A model generated the notes under the pieces. That model worked only from the letters and a program-made list of their open reading frames with translations. It did not search any database and was not told the DNA's origin. 64,000 nucleotides of DNA from Octopus sinensis (Eukaryota). Position numbers and translations under genes: made by a program. This document shows, piece after piece, positions 40,710-52,375 of the stretch (position 1 is the stretch's first letter; every line of letters begins with the position of its first letter). The stretch is from the NCBI RefSeq assembly GCF_006345805.1, contig NC_043004.1, positions 76,260,001 to 76,324,000 on the forward strand. The letters are read 5' to 3'.

Positions 40710-41128
40710 GCAAGTGTAATCACTAATTACTCAGACTAGGCAGTTGGCGACCTTTATGCAGTAAAGCAAACAAAAAAATAAACGAAACACAGGCGCGCGA
40801 CTGAGTTGAAGGCAGATTGATTCCTGCCTTTATAGCACGTAAAGAAAACATTGTTGTAGCAATGTACACAGCACGTATACTACAGCATTACTATGAGTAA
40901 CTTAAATACTGGGATTGAAAAGAAGGGACAAATTATGCCAACCTAATCTGCAAAAGAAAAATATTTTGTATTTTATGCAGAGTAATCAGAGTAACCTTCA
41001 TAATGTTATTGAAGAATTAGGTGCATATTTTGCCATAAAAGGAAAATGTTGCTATCAATCTATTCCATTCAAGGTAGGCGCTGTCAGACGTGCCTACCTA
41101 CGCAGCACGTCCCTGATTATATATATAA

Positions 41129-41641
41129 CTAGCAGTATCGCCCGGTGTTGCTCGGGTTTGTAAGGGAAATAACTATATAAGCATTTTTAGAGAGTTACTT
41201 CCCTTATAGATGCCAATTCGGGCTTTCTTAGCCATTTCTGTTTTAGTGTCTTCAAGCCATGAAGTCGTTGTTCTAAAAGAACGCTGGTCTCCTTGACAAC
41301 GCTTTACGACGTTGATTTCCTTACACTCCCTTCCCCACAGCTTCACGAGGGAGGGAAGAAGGGGGAGAAGCAAACAGGTGCAGGTGTGACCATGGACGCC
41401 AACTCCGCCGCCATCGACACACGAAAAATTATGCATTAAAATGGAATAAAAAATGATGTTAAATTATTTTTAAAATCGTAGACTCATCGTAGACGCGCGC
41501 TAATACTCAGACGGGCTCGATATGAATCACGACTATAAGATACCCGAATTTGGTTAAACTGCACCGCAAAATGTGGGAGTAGTTAGGAATCTAAATCGAA
41601 GGGGACAGACACTCACACAACTACAGTTTTATATATATAGA
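41129..41641 (-). mobile_element. Non-autonomous Helitron
   Basis: Minus strand A|TCTATATATAT...CCCGAGCAACACCGGG hairpin...CTAG|T. Confidence 0.85.
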
Positions 41642-42272
41642 TAACAATTTAATAAATAAAACATATGCATACATACATACATACATATATGTACATACCT
41701 ACATCTATACGTATATATACATGCATATATGAGTACAGGACACCACAAATAAACGTAGAACACAACGAGAAACGAAAACATAGAAACAAAACAAGGAAAC
41801 TGACTTTTTTTAACAACGAAAAAAACAGAGTACAAGACAAACAACAGAGGGAACATTCCCCTTCTTCAGCTGCCCCTGTTTCGACTCATTGCGTGTTTCG
41901 AAGGTAAGAGCAGAACACGACTACACTGAAACAATCCTTCCCGCAAATGAATTAAATAAATTTTTTTTTTGCGGAGCGGTAAAAAAAAGGGTGACAAGAA
42001 CAGGACGTAAAAGCAATACAAATAAAGAAAAAAAACAGTACAAATAAAGATAAAAACAGTAAAAGACAGGACAAGGAAACCAACGATAAGGGCTATTTTA
42101 AGCCTAGACAGTGGAAAAATTCATTAGAACGCATTCTGTAGACCGGCTAGCGAAGACAGAAAAAGCCGATGTTGACTGGTTGAAGGTAGTATATATATAT
42201 ATATATATATACACACACATTATTTACATTATTTATATTTGACGGATATTTGTCATAATCTTGCTTGTTGTT

Positions 42273-42318
42273 AACACAACGTTTCGACTGATATACCCTC
42301 CAGCCTTCATCAGGTGTT
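42273..42318 (-). ncRNA. Minimal hammerhead ribozyme
   Basis: Reverse complement: AACAC CTGATGA a GGCTG gagggtatat CAGTC GAAAC GTT GTGTT; palindromic AACGTT. Confidence 0.75.
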
Positions 42319-42364
42319 TTGGGGAAATTTCGAACCTGGGTTCTCAGTCCTATGGTATTTTCCA

Positions 42365-42642
42365 TTAAGGCTCCAAGGTTGCCAAAGTCTCTCGAAACAT
42401 TTGTGCTGTGTACAGAGAAAGCGGTATTAATGAAAGAATTGCACAGAAATGGTTTTCACACTTCTAGAAGGGGAAATTCGACTTCACAGACTCGCCGCTT
42501 TCCTGCCAACCTCTTCGGTTCAATGAGGATCAATTGAACGAGCTCAGTTACGAGTATTCCCATTAACACACTTAAGAATTAATCCAGAAGATGGGATAAG
42601 CTTATGATACCGACGCCCGTCACCTTCACACAATGGGAAAGG
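42365..42642 (+). mobile_element. Mariner transposase HTH fragment
   Basis: AKVSRNICAVYRESGINERIAQKWFSHF*KGKFDFTDSP...FNEDQLNEL...RHLHTMGK. Confidence 0.8.
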
Positions 42643-42708
42643 AAAGAGATGAAATACAAGTAACCCCCAACCAAATGAACTGAGTGATGCTTTCTTTCGT
42701 TTGTTATT

Positions 42709-42993
42709 TGTGGGGGATGACGTCAGCAGCTGGGGAGCTGACCGGAACTTGGGGCTGACCGGAAGAGGAAGGGGCAGGAGTGACGCGCGCGCAAGCAGGA
42801 CAGCATTGGGCCGTTTCGATCGAGGTAACCGAGGGTGTCAGACGTGTGAGCTCGTTGTCAAGGTAGGGGAAAAGCAGCTGCTATTTCTAGTGTTCGAGTC
42901 GGGCTGCGTGGAAGGATGCATTACCACTGAGAGGTCTCCGTCGAGCGAAGAGAAGGTAGGTGTCCTTATTTCAAATCTTTCGCGTACACCACA
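42709..42993. mobile_element. Solo-LTR candidate, GC/CpG-rich
   Basis: TGTGG...CCACA termini; ATTT at both boundaries (overlapping the first T on the left); TGACGTCA and two ACCGGAA motifs. Confidence 0.45.
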
Positions 42994-43280
42994 ATTTGAG
43001 GGTATCTAGATACTATTTCTAGCAGGTCGTATGGCTCTACGGAGGCTCTCCCTCTGTCAGCTCAAGCGGAACTGGTACATGTGCGACGTTGGATTCAGGA
43101 ATGTCTTTTATTCTCATTAGATTACGATCGAATTGTTGGAAGGAATTAAAAATGTGTGTTTTTAATTATCTTTTTCTCTTTCCAGATGCTTCAGTCATGC
43201 TTCTTATCGTTTTGTTGTTTATTGTTTAAGAACATAATTAATTAATTCCAGATTGCAATTATTTCTTTTGTGCGTGTGCA

Positions 43281-43311
<31 letters not shown>

Positions 43312-43397
43312 GCGCGCGCATCGCGCGTGTATGTATACACGACTGAGTGAACAAACGAAAGTAGCTCTCAACACATTTGGTAGGAGCTATATATACA

Positions 43398-43436
<39 letters not shown>

Positions 43437-43490
43437 CATGCATACATACATACATACATACATACATACATACATACATTACAAACAAAC

Positions 43491-43602
43491 AAAAATATCC
43501 TGTTGCTGATGTTGAAATTCCAATGAAGGAGGCTTGGATCTAGGTTAGAAACCGAGTCTTTCTCTATTGGCAAGAAATCTTGAAATAAAACTGAACAATG
43601 AC
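43491..43602 (+). repeat. (CATA)n-embedded module, copy 4
   Basis: Similar to 6294-6402. Confidence 0.8.
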
Positions 43603-43894
43603 ATACATACAAGATTCCTTCCAGAAGTTTTGAGACTCTTATAGGAGAGACAGTTATGACTGTTGTAGATTACTGTAATTTTGGTATATCATAACTATAA
43701 ATCTAATAAGCTGACCTGCCAACTTTTGTTATTCTAGATTGAAAGAGACGGCTGTAACAGCTCTTTGAATACATCCGACTAAACACTGCTTGTCACGGCT
43801 GACTTCATTGCAGATTGAAACCGAGACGTGAAGACAATTTGGGCGTTCGCTATGCAACGAAGTTTTGTGTTTAGCCGGGAAGAAACAACAACAA

Positions 43895-44078
43895 AGACAA
43901 ACAAACGGATTAATTCGGTTATATCGACCCCAGTGCGTAACTGGTACTTATTTAATCGACCCCGAAAGGATGAAAGGCAAAGTCGACCTCGGGGGAATTT
44001 GAACTCAGAAAGTAGCAGCAGACGAAACACCGATAAGCATTTCGCCCGGCGTGCTAACGTTTCTGCCAGCTCGCCGCT
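43895..44078 (-). mobile_element. SINE family B
   Basis: Near-consensus copy. Confidence 0.85.
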
Positions 44079-44087
44079 ATAAGTTTA

Positions 44088-44137
<50 letters not shown>

Positions 44138-44138
44138 A

Positions 44139-44186
<48 letters not shown>

Positions 44187-45408
44187 TGTGTGTGTGTGTG
44201 GAGGCGCAATGGCCCAGTGGTTAGAGCAGCAGGCTCGCGGTTTCGATACCTAGACCGGGCTTTGTGAGTATTTATGTATGTATGTATGTATGTATGTATG
44301 TATGTATGTATGTATGTATGTATGTATGTGTGTGCGTATGTATGTATTAGTTGATTGATGGATTTATCGATTGATCGGTTAGTTGATTGATGAATGAATA
44401 AATAGACTTTTAGAGAGATATGGTATTTTATTACATTTGCGGCCTGGTAATGATGAATATAATTATAACAGAAGAACAAAACAACAGCGAGTAAAGGGGA
44501 GAATATCTATGTGATCACCCAACCTGCAAGAAACAACAGCTAAAATCCCCTCCTGTCATCCATCTAGAAGTCATGGCCATCTTAGAAAGAAGGACACGTT
44601 GCTTAACGTGATCCTTGGCTTAATACAACGATCTGCTTAACTGCAAATAATGTCCGATCGGAAAACAAGTTGTCCGGTTGACCCCTGTTCTCTGCTCGCA
44701 AGCCACGCAAAAAATAACTGGAAATAGAAAAGTAAGTGGAAGACAGAAAATCTTTAAACTAATATGGTATCGTTGTGAAGAAATTGTAAATATTTTTACA
44801 GGAAATGTTTAGGCCTATAAGGTTAGGAAACCGAACGGCGGTGTTGGTTCATACCGGAAATTGTCGACGAATATTTTGTGCTTTGGACGTCTTTCCTCTC
44901 TAAAGTGTAAATTTCCTTAAGGTGTATTTGGTACAATGACTTGAGGATATCTTTGAGATTCTCAGAGATGATTCAGATATTGTTATATATAGACACTCGC
45001 GAGTCTGAACTCGCATCCACACATTTTCACTCACTCACTCTCACACGCAAACGCACACACGCAGGCATGCATGCACGCACGCACGCACAAACACACACAT
45101 CCACTCGCGACTATTTCCAAATACACACTAATTCGTATACATAGGAATGAACATATACAAACAGTTTACATATACATACATACACTCTGCCTTTCATCCT
45201 TTCGGGGTCGATAAATAAAAGTACCAGTTTCGCACTGGAGTCGATGTAATCGACTTAATCCCTTTGTCTGTCCTTGTTTGTCTCCTCTATGTTTAGCCCC
45301 TTGTGGGCAATAAAGAAATATATACATACATACATACATACATACATACATGCATATGTCAAGGCGATAGATAGACAGACAGACAAGAAGACAGACCTAC
45401 AGACAGAC

Positions 45409-45525
<117 letters not shown>

Positions 45526-45591
45526 TAGGTAGGAAGGTAGGTACGTAGGTATGTAGGTAGGTAGGTAGGTAGGTAGGTACGTAGGTAGGTT

Positions 45592-45677
<86 letters not shown>

Positions 45678-45871
45678 CAGACAGGCAGACAGACAGAAAG
45701 ATAGATAGATAATTTTCATTTATGTATACAGTACGAAAAGGTTTGACGAAATGACTTTGAAGAAAGAACTCAATATGTAAAGTAGAGTAATGTACAAGCA
45801 CACACACAAACACACACATATGTGTGCACGCGCGTTTGTATTTGTGTGTACATGTGTCTACGTGCACGTGA

Positions 45872-45915
<44 letters not shown>

Positions 45916-46000
45916 GGAGAATTCACAAAAAAAAAGACGAAGACAGGTGGTGTAGACTGCAAACAGATGTATTAGTATAACGCTCGAGAAGTAAAAAAGT

Positions 46001-46036
46001 CTTTAACGTTTCGAGCCTATGCTCTTCCACAAAAAG
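46001..46036 (-). ncRNA. Hammerhead-like motif, A6U family, second copy
   Basis: Reverse complement: CTTT TTGTGGA a GAGC atag GCTC GAAAC GTT AAAG. Confidence 0.45.
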
Positions 46037-46224
46037 GAACACAAAAAGAAACAAGGAGAGAAAATAAAGAATGTGTAGTGGCTGGCGATCTATCATGGCA
46101 AAGGCCGAACAGAAGGGTCACACAGGAGAGCTAGGGAGAAGGGGAGATAACAAAGTGGTGGTGATCCAAAACGAAGGTGCGCGTGCGTGTGCATAAGAGA
46201 GTTTGTATGTGCGTGTGGAAGAAG

Positions 46225-46868
46225 CCTGGTCCGGATCAACTTCTAACTCTTCTTTCAGTTCGCAACACGCATTCAGTCGTGACTGCTTTTGATCTTCTGT
46301 GAGCAAGCGAGGTACAAACTCTTTTCATTCGCAATTCCTCACTCAAAATTCGTTGGCAGGAGCCCCAGGACACACCACTCATATCAACAAGTTCGTCAAT
46401 TGTTCAGTGGCGGTCCTCCAAGATCAGATCATGAATTTTCGTGATGTTTTCATTCGTTCGAGAGGTCGATGGCCGTCCTGAACGAAGTTGGTCTTCAAGT
46501 CACCAGTGATCATTCCTAAATCGCGAAAACTACTCGTAAACTGGAGTTTTGCTTATGTCAGCGTTCTTGTAAGCTGTTCGAAGCATGACAACTGTTTCAG
46601 CCGTAGTTTTCCCAAGCAGAAGACAGAATTTTACGGAAGCACATTGTTCCTTCTTTTCAACCATCGCAAATATCGATGAACAGGGGAGAAGCATTGCAAG
46701 ACAAAGACGCAGACGCACCACGCAGCGACATGGCTCGACCCTATGACGACGGTCGGCAGACCGATGCCTGAGGGTCGCATCAAGTGGCCTCTAGCGACAG
46801 ATGCCTGAACTACAACGGGCTCGTCCAAAAGAGAACGTTTCCGGTTACTTTTGGGTACTCCCTTGTGT
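46225..46868 (-). mobile_element. Mariner element 5' half: TIR + transposase N-terminus
   Basis: MVEKKEQCASVKFCLLLGKTTAETVVMLRTAY...FSRFRN...RSGRPSTSRTNENI...LTEDQKQSRLNAC; TIR-like CAAGGGAGTACCCAAAAGTAACCGGAA. Confidence 0.9.
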
Positions 46869-46870
46869 GC

Positions 46871-46907
<37 letters not shown>

Positions 46908-46908
<1 letters not shown>

Positions 46909-47306
46909 TCTTTACTCTTTTACTCTTTTACTTGTTTCAGTCATTTGACTGCAGCCATGCTGGAGCACCGCTTTTAATCGAGCAACTCGACCCCGGGACT
47001 TATTCTTTTTGTAAGCCCAGTACTTGCCGAACCGCTAAGTAACGGGGACATATATATATACACCAGCATCGGTTGTCAAGCAATGCTAGGGGGACAAACA
47101 CAGACACACACACGCATATATATATATATATATACATATATACGACGGGCTTCTTTTCAGTTTCCGTCTACCAAATCCACTCACAAGGCTTTGGTCGGCC
47201 CGAGGCTATAGTAGAAGACATTTGCCCAAGGTGCCACGCAGTGGGACTGAACCCTGAACTATGTGGTTGGTAAACAAGCTACTTACCACACACCCACTCC
47301 TGCGCT
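46908..47306 (-). mobile_element. SINE family A, near full length
   Basis: Head, microsatellite, and tail ending in (GTAAAAGA)n. Confidence 0.9.
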
Positions 47307-47343
47307 TATACATACATATATATTTATATATACATATATATAT

Positions 47344-47552
47344 ATCATCATCATCATCATTTAGCGTCCGCTTTCCGTGCTGCCATAGGTTAGATGGTTT
47401 GACTGGAAATGGTAAGTCGGAGAGCTGTACCAGGTTCCAATCTGGTTTTGGCTTGGTTTCTACGGTAACCACTCCGAAAGAGTAGAGGATGCCTTTTACG
47501 CGTCATTGGCACCGGCTATAACTTCGATTTCACTTGGCTTGACGGGTCTTCT
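47344..47552 (-). mobile_element. Probable LINE (RTE-like) 3' end with (ATG)n tail
   Basis: (CAT)n TTAGCGTCCGCTTTCC; same terminus at ~63617-63650. Confidence 0.55.
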
Positions 47553-47933
47553 CCGATGATGGCTTAGCTGGCCGAAACTTCGAAGTTACTGTCAATAATA
47601 TTCTTGTTAAAGAATAATTATCTATTTACTTTCATACATACTTATATATGCACGTAAATATAATAAGATGTCAATATAAACCATAACTAAGGCAGCGAGC
47701 TGCTGGTGCAGTCGTTAACGGGTCAGACAAAATGCTTAGCGGAATTCCGTCCGTCTTTGCGTCTTGAGTTCAAATTCCGCCGAGGTCGACCTTGCCCCGA
47801 GATTTCTGGCCTTGTGTCAAAATTTGAAACCAAAACAAGCCATACCTATATTTAGACACATTTGCACGAATTAAAAATAATATGTGTACCTCTACATTCA
47901 CATATATGATGATCACACATACCCACATGCATT

Positions 47934-48634
47934 TACAGGGTTATTATAAAAAAAGGGTAGATTTCAAATTTTTTTTAAACAAACGGTAAGAAACACAAAC
48001 ACATTCTATATATTTCTTGAAAGGGGAAGGTTTCAAGTTCACAGCCGAACATGATCAATTGAATTAAGCCTTAAATAAAATAATATTTTGATTTTGTTTT
48101 AATGTTTCATTTTGTTCATCTTATTTAAAGTTGCATAATTTTCATTAACGTGCAAGTGGCTGAGGATTCCACAGACACGTGTACCCTGAACGTAGTTCTG
48201 GGGAGGAGATTCAGCGTGACAGAGAGCGTGACAAGGCTGACCTTTTGAAATACAGGTGGGACACGACTACTGAATTTGGCTGAGCTGGATCGTATTCCCT
48301 TAGGAAATGGCAACGCCACATGAAAAGTCTTTTTGTGTGCTGCAGTTTGAGAAATGCGAATCGATTGTGCAAGCGCAACGTGAATTTCGCCGCCATTTCA
48401 ATAAAAATCCACCTCGTCACAATATCCACAGATCAGATGATTCGAGTGTGGCAAGAAACAGACTAGCGTTTCGATGTTTGTCGAGCAACACATGGTGCTC
48501 ATGTTGAGTGCATACTACCTTGAAATAAACTTTAAACCTTCCCCTATCAACAAATATGTAGAATGTGTTTGTCTCTTACCATTTGTTTTAAAAATAAATT
48601 TAAAATCTGCTCTTTCCTTTTGAATAACCCTGTA
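47934..48634 (+). mobile_element. Internally deleted Tc1/mariner element with ~105-bp TIRs and DUF4817-like HTH start
   Basis: TACAGGGTTATT...GGGGAAGGTTT inverted at both ends; MATPHEKSFCVLQFEKCESIVQAQREFRRHF joined to C-terminal WQETD*RFDVCRATHGAHVE; nested retroposon at 48143-48300. Confidence 0.85.
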
Positions 48635-49334
48635 TAAACGTATATATGTATGTGTGTGTGTGTGTGTGTGTACGTTTCTGTAAGATATTCATAAATGGAT
48701 AAATTTTCAGTCATATTTTTTCTGATAATCCTCTTTTCCTGTTTATTTCTCATATTTTGAGGAAATTCCTTTTCGTTTCTATTTCCAGAGGGAATGATCT
48801 GTGCATCCTTCCAGCTGACATTGTTTCTAACACCTACCACAATAAGGAGAGGACATTCCAACACTACTTTCCTCCTTCAACTTGCATCTTCTATCCTCTA
48901 ACCGCTACTCTCTTCTGACCTCTGCCTTCCGCGTCACATCCACTGGCTCTCGTCAACTGTCTCAGGAATTTCTTTAATGCGGAAAAGGCAGCAGTTTGAC
49001 TTAGGAATCTATGCGAGGAATGATGTTTTTGAAGTTTACACTTAAACACCATCTGATACACACACACACACACTCACACACACACACACACACACACAAC
49101 ACACACACACACATTCTTGTGCATGTTAGACTTATGTAGGTGTGTCTGTATGTATATGTGTGTATGTGTGCATATATACTTTCGAAATGTCACTCAGCTT
49201 AAAACACATTGATCGTCTCGTGTCCAATATGAGAAAATCACTTGTTATGGTAATCGCTACTGATATTCTACAGAAATAATAACCAGCATTGATTTGTTAC
49301 ACTGATCCCTTTGGTGGCTAATTAAGCAATGTGT

Positions 49335-50132
49335 GGAGACGCAATGGCACAATGGTTAGGGAAGCGGACTCGCGGTCATTGGATCGCGGTTTCCATTCCC
49401 AGTCTGGGAGTTGTGAGTGTTTATTGAACGAAAACACCTAAAGCTTCCACGAGGCTCCGGTAGGGCTGTGGTGGCGAACCCTGCTGTACTCTTTCATCAC
49501 AACTTTCTCACAATTTTTCTTCCTGTTTCTGTGTGTACCCGTATTTCAAAGGGCCAGCCTTGTCACACTCTGTGTCACACTGAATCTCCCCAGAGAACTA
49601 CGTTCAGGGTACACGTGTCTGTGGAGTGCTCAGCCTCTTGCACATTAATTTCACGAGAAGACAGTTCCGTTGATCGTATCAGCTGGGACCCTCGCCGTTG
49701 TAACCGACGGAGTACTCCTTAAAAGCATTGGGAGAAGGCTACAAAATTGACGTCATACACCTTGATTTCAGCATGGTATTTGACAGAGTGGATCACAAAA
49801 TCCTGCTGAAGAAACTGTCCAACATTGGAGTCTGTGGAAAGCTGCTGCAGTAGATAAAGTGTTTCCTGACGAACAGAACCCAACATGTTGTGTTTGAGGG
49901 AATACGATCCAGCTCAGCCAAAGTCAGTAGTGGTGTCCCACCTGTATTTCAAAGGGCCAGCCTTGTCACATTCTGTGTCACACTGAATCCCCTCGCGAGA
50001 ACTACGTTAAGGGTACACGTGTCTGTGGAGTACTCAGCCACTTACACGTTAATTTCACGAGCAGGCTGTTTCCATTGATCGGATCAACCGGAACCCTCGT
50101 CGTCGTAACCGACGGAGTGCCACGACGACGAT
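49335..50132 (+). mobile_element. Composite SINE C: head, tail 3, LINE RT fragment, tail 3; 13-bp TSD
   Basis: TTAAGCAATGTGT at 49322-49334 and 50133-50145; 49723-49940 encodes IDVIHLDFSMVFDRVDHKILLKKL...FLTNRTQHV...SSGVP. Confidence 0.85.
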
Positions 50133-50335
50133 TTAAGCAATGTGTTCGTGGATGGCCAATGGGTTGGATGTAGTGATGGCGAAGGAGCAAGAACTCCTGA
50201 GGTATGGCATATACACCCATAACCGATGTTTCCATCTTTGATCTCATTGTTGTTTAAATTAGGCGTATTCGGATACGAAACCTCGTGACAAAATTAGGGC
50301 TGGCTCTCATTTCTATAGAAAATCTGTAGAGATAT

Positions 50336-50552
50336 AGGCGCAGGAGTGGCTGTGTGGTAAGTAGCTTCCTTATCAACCACATGGTTCCGGGTTCAGTCCC
50401 AATGTGTGGCACCTTGGGCAAGTGTCTTCTACTAAAGAGACCGATAGAATAAGTACTGGGCTTACAAAAGAATAAGTCCCGGGGTCGATTTGCTCGATTA
50501 AAGGCGGTGCTCCAGCATGGCCGCAGTCAAATGACTGAAACAAGTAAAAGAA
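50336..50552 (+). mobile_element. SINE family A, internally deleted
   Basis: Head fused directly to tail. Confidence 0.85.
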
Positions 50553-50734
50553 CAAAAAAAAAGCTAACCTTGACAAGTGATTTAATAGCACTGCTAACAC
50601 AGCAGTACACTGTAATTACTTATAAAGTGTTTAATATACTTTATAGTATATTATAAAACGAAATCCGGTGTCTTTGAAAGTCATTAATATTAGCAAAGGG
50701 CCCAGACAGACAAATATCCTGAAGCATCTTTTAA

Positions 50735-51690
50735 GTTCTCAGAGGAAACACTAACATGACGGCTGGAGTGATAGTCTTGCTCTCTGGTGATTTCATACCA
50801 ACTCTACAATCAGACATATGGGGAGACCTGCTGATGAGTTGAGAGCATGTTTCACAGAAAACTAGATTTGGAGATGGGAGGGAAGAAATTTCATCTTCCT
50901 ACCAACATAAGTGCTGCACTTAACAGATATATCTCAGTAACCCAGTTTGAAAAACGTCTTTCTTCAACAGGGTCACGGTTAAGCACTCAGCTAGCACTGA
51001 ACATGGAGATGTCAAAAGCAAAAGTAATTGAGTAATCTATTGTGTCTGGGGAGAGTAATTTGCAACCTTTTTACCGGTGATTGTGTTACATAAAAAGGCA
51101 CAAAAAGAAAATAACTCTCCCCAGACACAACAGAATATGCTTCAACACACGAACTCATATAAAGAATCTTGCAAACCAAATCCAAAAACGAAATAATTGA
51201 GTAATAATCACAAACAATTCCCAAGGATTATTACTGAGAATTTATCTTTGCTTTTCACAGAAAATTAGAAGCAATGGGTGTATGCACTTAAATATTTCCT
51301 GTAAAAATATTTACAATTTCTTCACAACGATACCATATTAGTTTACAGACCCCACCCACTTCTCTATCACTTGGTATTTTTAGTATCGTCTGGAGATCGA
51401 GAGCCGGAATTAACGAGACATTTTTTTCTTTTATTTATTGCGATCAGACATTATCTGATCCTAATGTCTGATCGTAGTTTTGAAAATCGCTGTATCAAGG
51501 ACCACATTAAACAACGAGTCCTTCTTCCTAGAAACGTGCACTCTCCGCCTTCTCCAAAGTGACATTGCGCAGGATATTAATACCACCATAATTCAACAAT
51601 TGCCAATCCAGCGCAGATGGTTCAAGTCCACCAGTATTGTAGCTGACGTCAACAGCGTTTCTCAATTCTTTAAAGACTACAGCTGACCTT
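50735..51690 (+). mobile_element. Decayed Helitron Pif1-type helicase fragments
   Basis: LRGNTNMTAGVIVLLSGDFIPTL..RPADELRAC..KFHLPTNI (cf. GDFRQTLP...L.TNMR); later DINTTIIQQLPIQRRWFKS. Confidence 0.65.
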
Positions 51691-51847
51691 CTTCCCAATC
51701 TACAAGTGAAAATTAAAATTATTTGAATACTTCTCTATTTTAAGCCAATCAATATTTATCCTGCTATAGTCCTGGTCCTACAAATACCCAAAGCCTTGTG
51801 AGTGAATTAGGTAAACGAAAACTGTGTTGAAGCTCCTTTGTCATATA

Positions 51848-51900
<53 letters not shown>

Positions 51901-52074
51901 CTTTGATAACTTAGATAGGTTTCGGCCAGTATAGGTCGAGGCCATATCTAACTCAATAGCACCACCTGGTGAAGTCTTTTAGTCATACATGGGGCACCAT
52001 AGCTCACTCCAGCAAAGAGTTATTATTGTTGGAGACATATCTGGGTGAAGGATGTTGGCCCGGGACTTTTTGAA

Positions 52075-52375
52075 GCACTCCGTCGGTCACGACGGCGAGA
52101 GTCTCAGCAGATACGATCAATGGGAACAGCCTGCTCGTGAAATTAACGTGCAAGTGACTGAGTACTCAATAGACACGTATACCCTGAACGTAGTTCTCTG
52201 GGGAGATTCAGCGTGACACAGAGTCTGACAAGGCTGGCCCTTTGAAATACGTGTACAACAGAAACATGAAGAAAGAGTGAGAGAAAGTTGTGGTGAAAGA
52301 GTACAGCAGGGTTCGCCACCACATCCCTGCCGGAGCCTTGTGGAGCTTTAGGTGTTTTCGCTCAATAAATACAAC
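52075..52375 (-). mobile_element. SINE family C body with tail type 3
   Basis: Reverse-complement match to 49415-49718. Confidence 0.85.

Noticed and set aside
41850-41910. Possible type-II hammerhead on the minus strand (GAAAC...CTGAAGA)
   Set aside because: Stem I does not form; probably a repeat terminus but the fold is unsupported
51909-51950. GGCC...GGCCGAAAC half-hammerhead on the minus strand (similar half at 27912-27932)
   Set aside because: CTGANGA core absent or truncated
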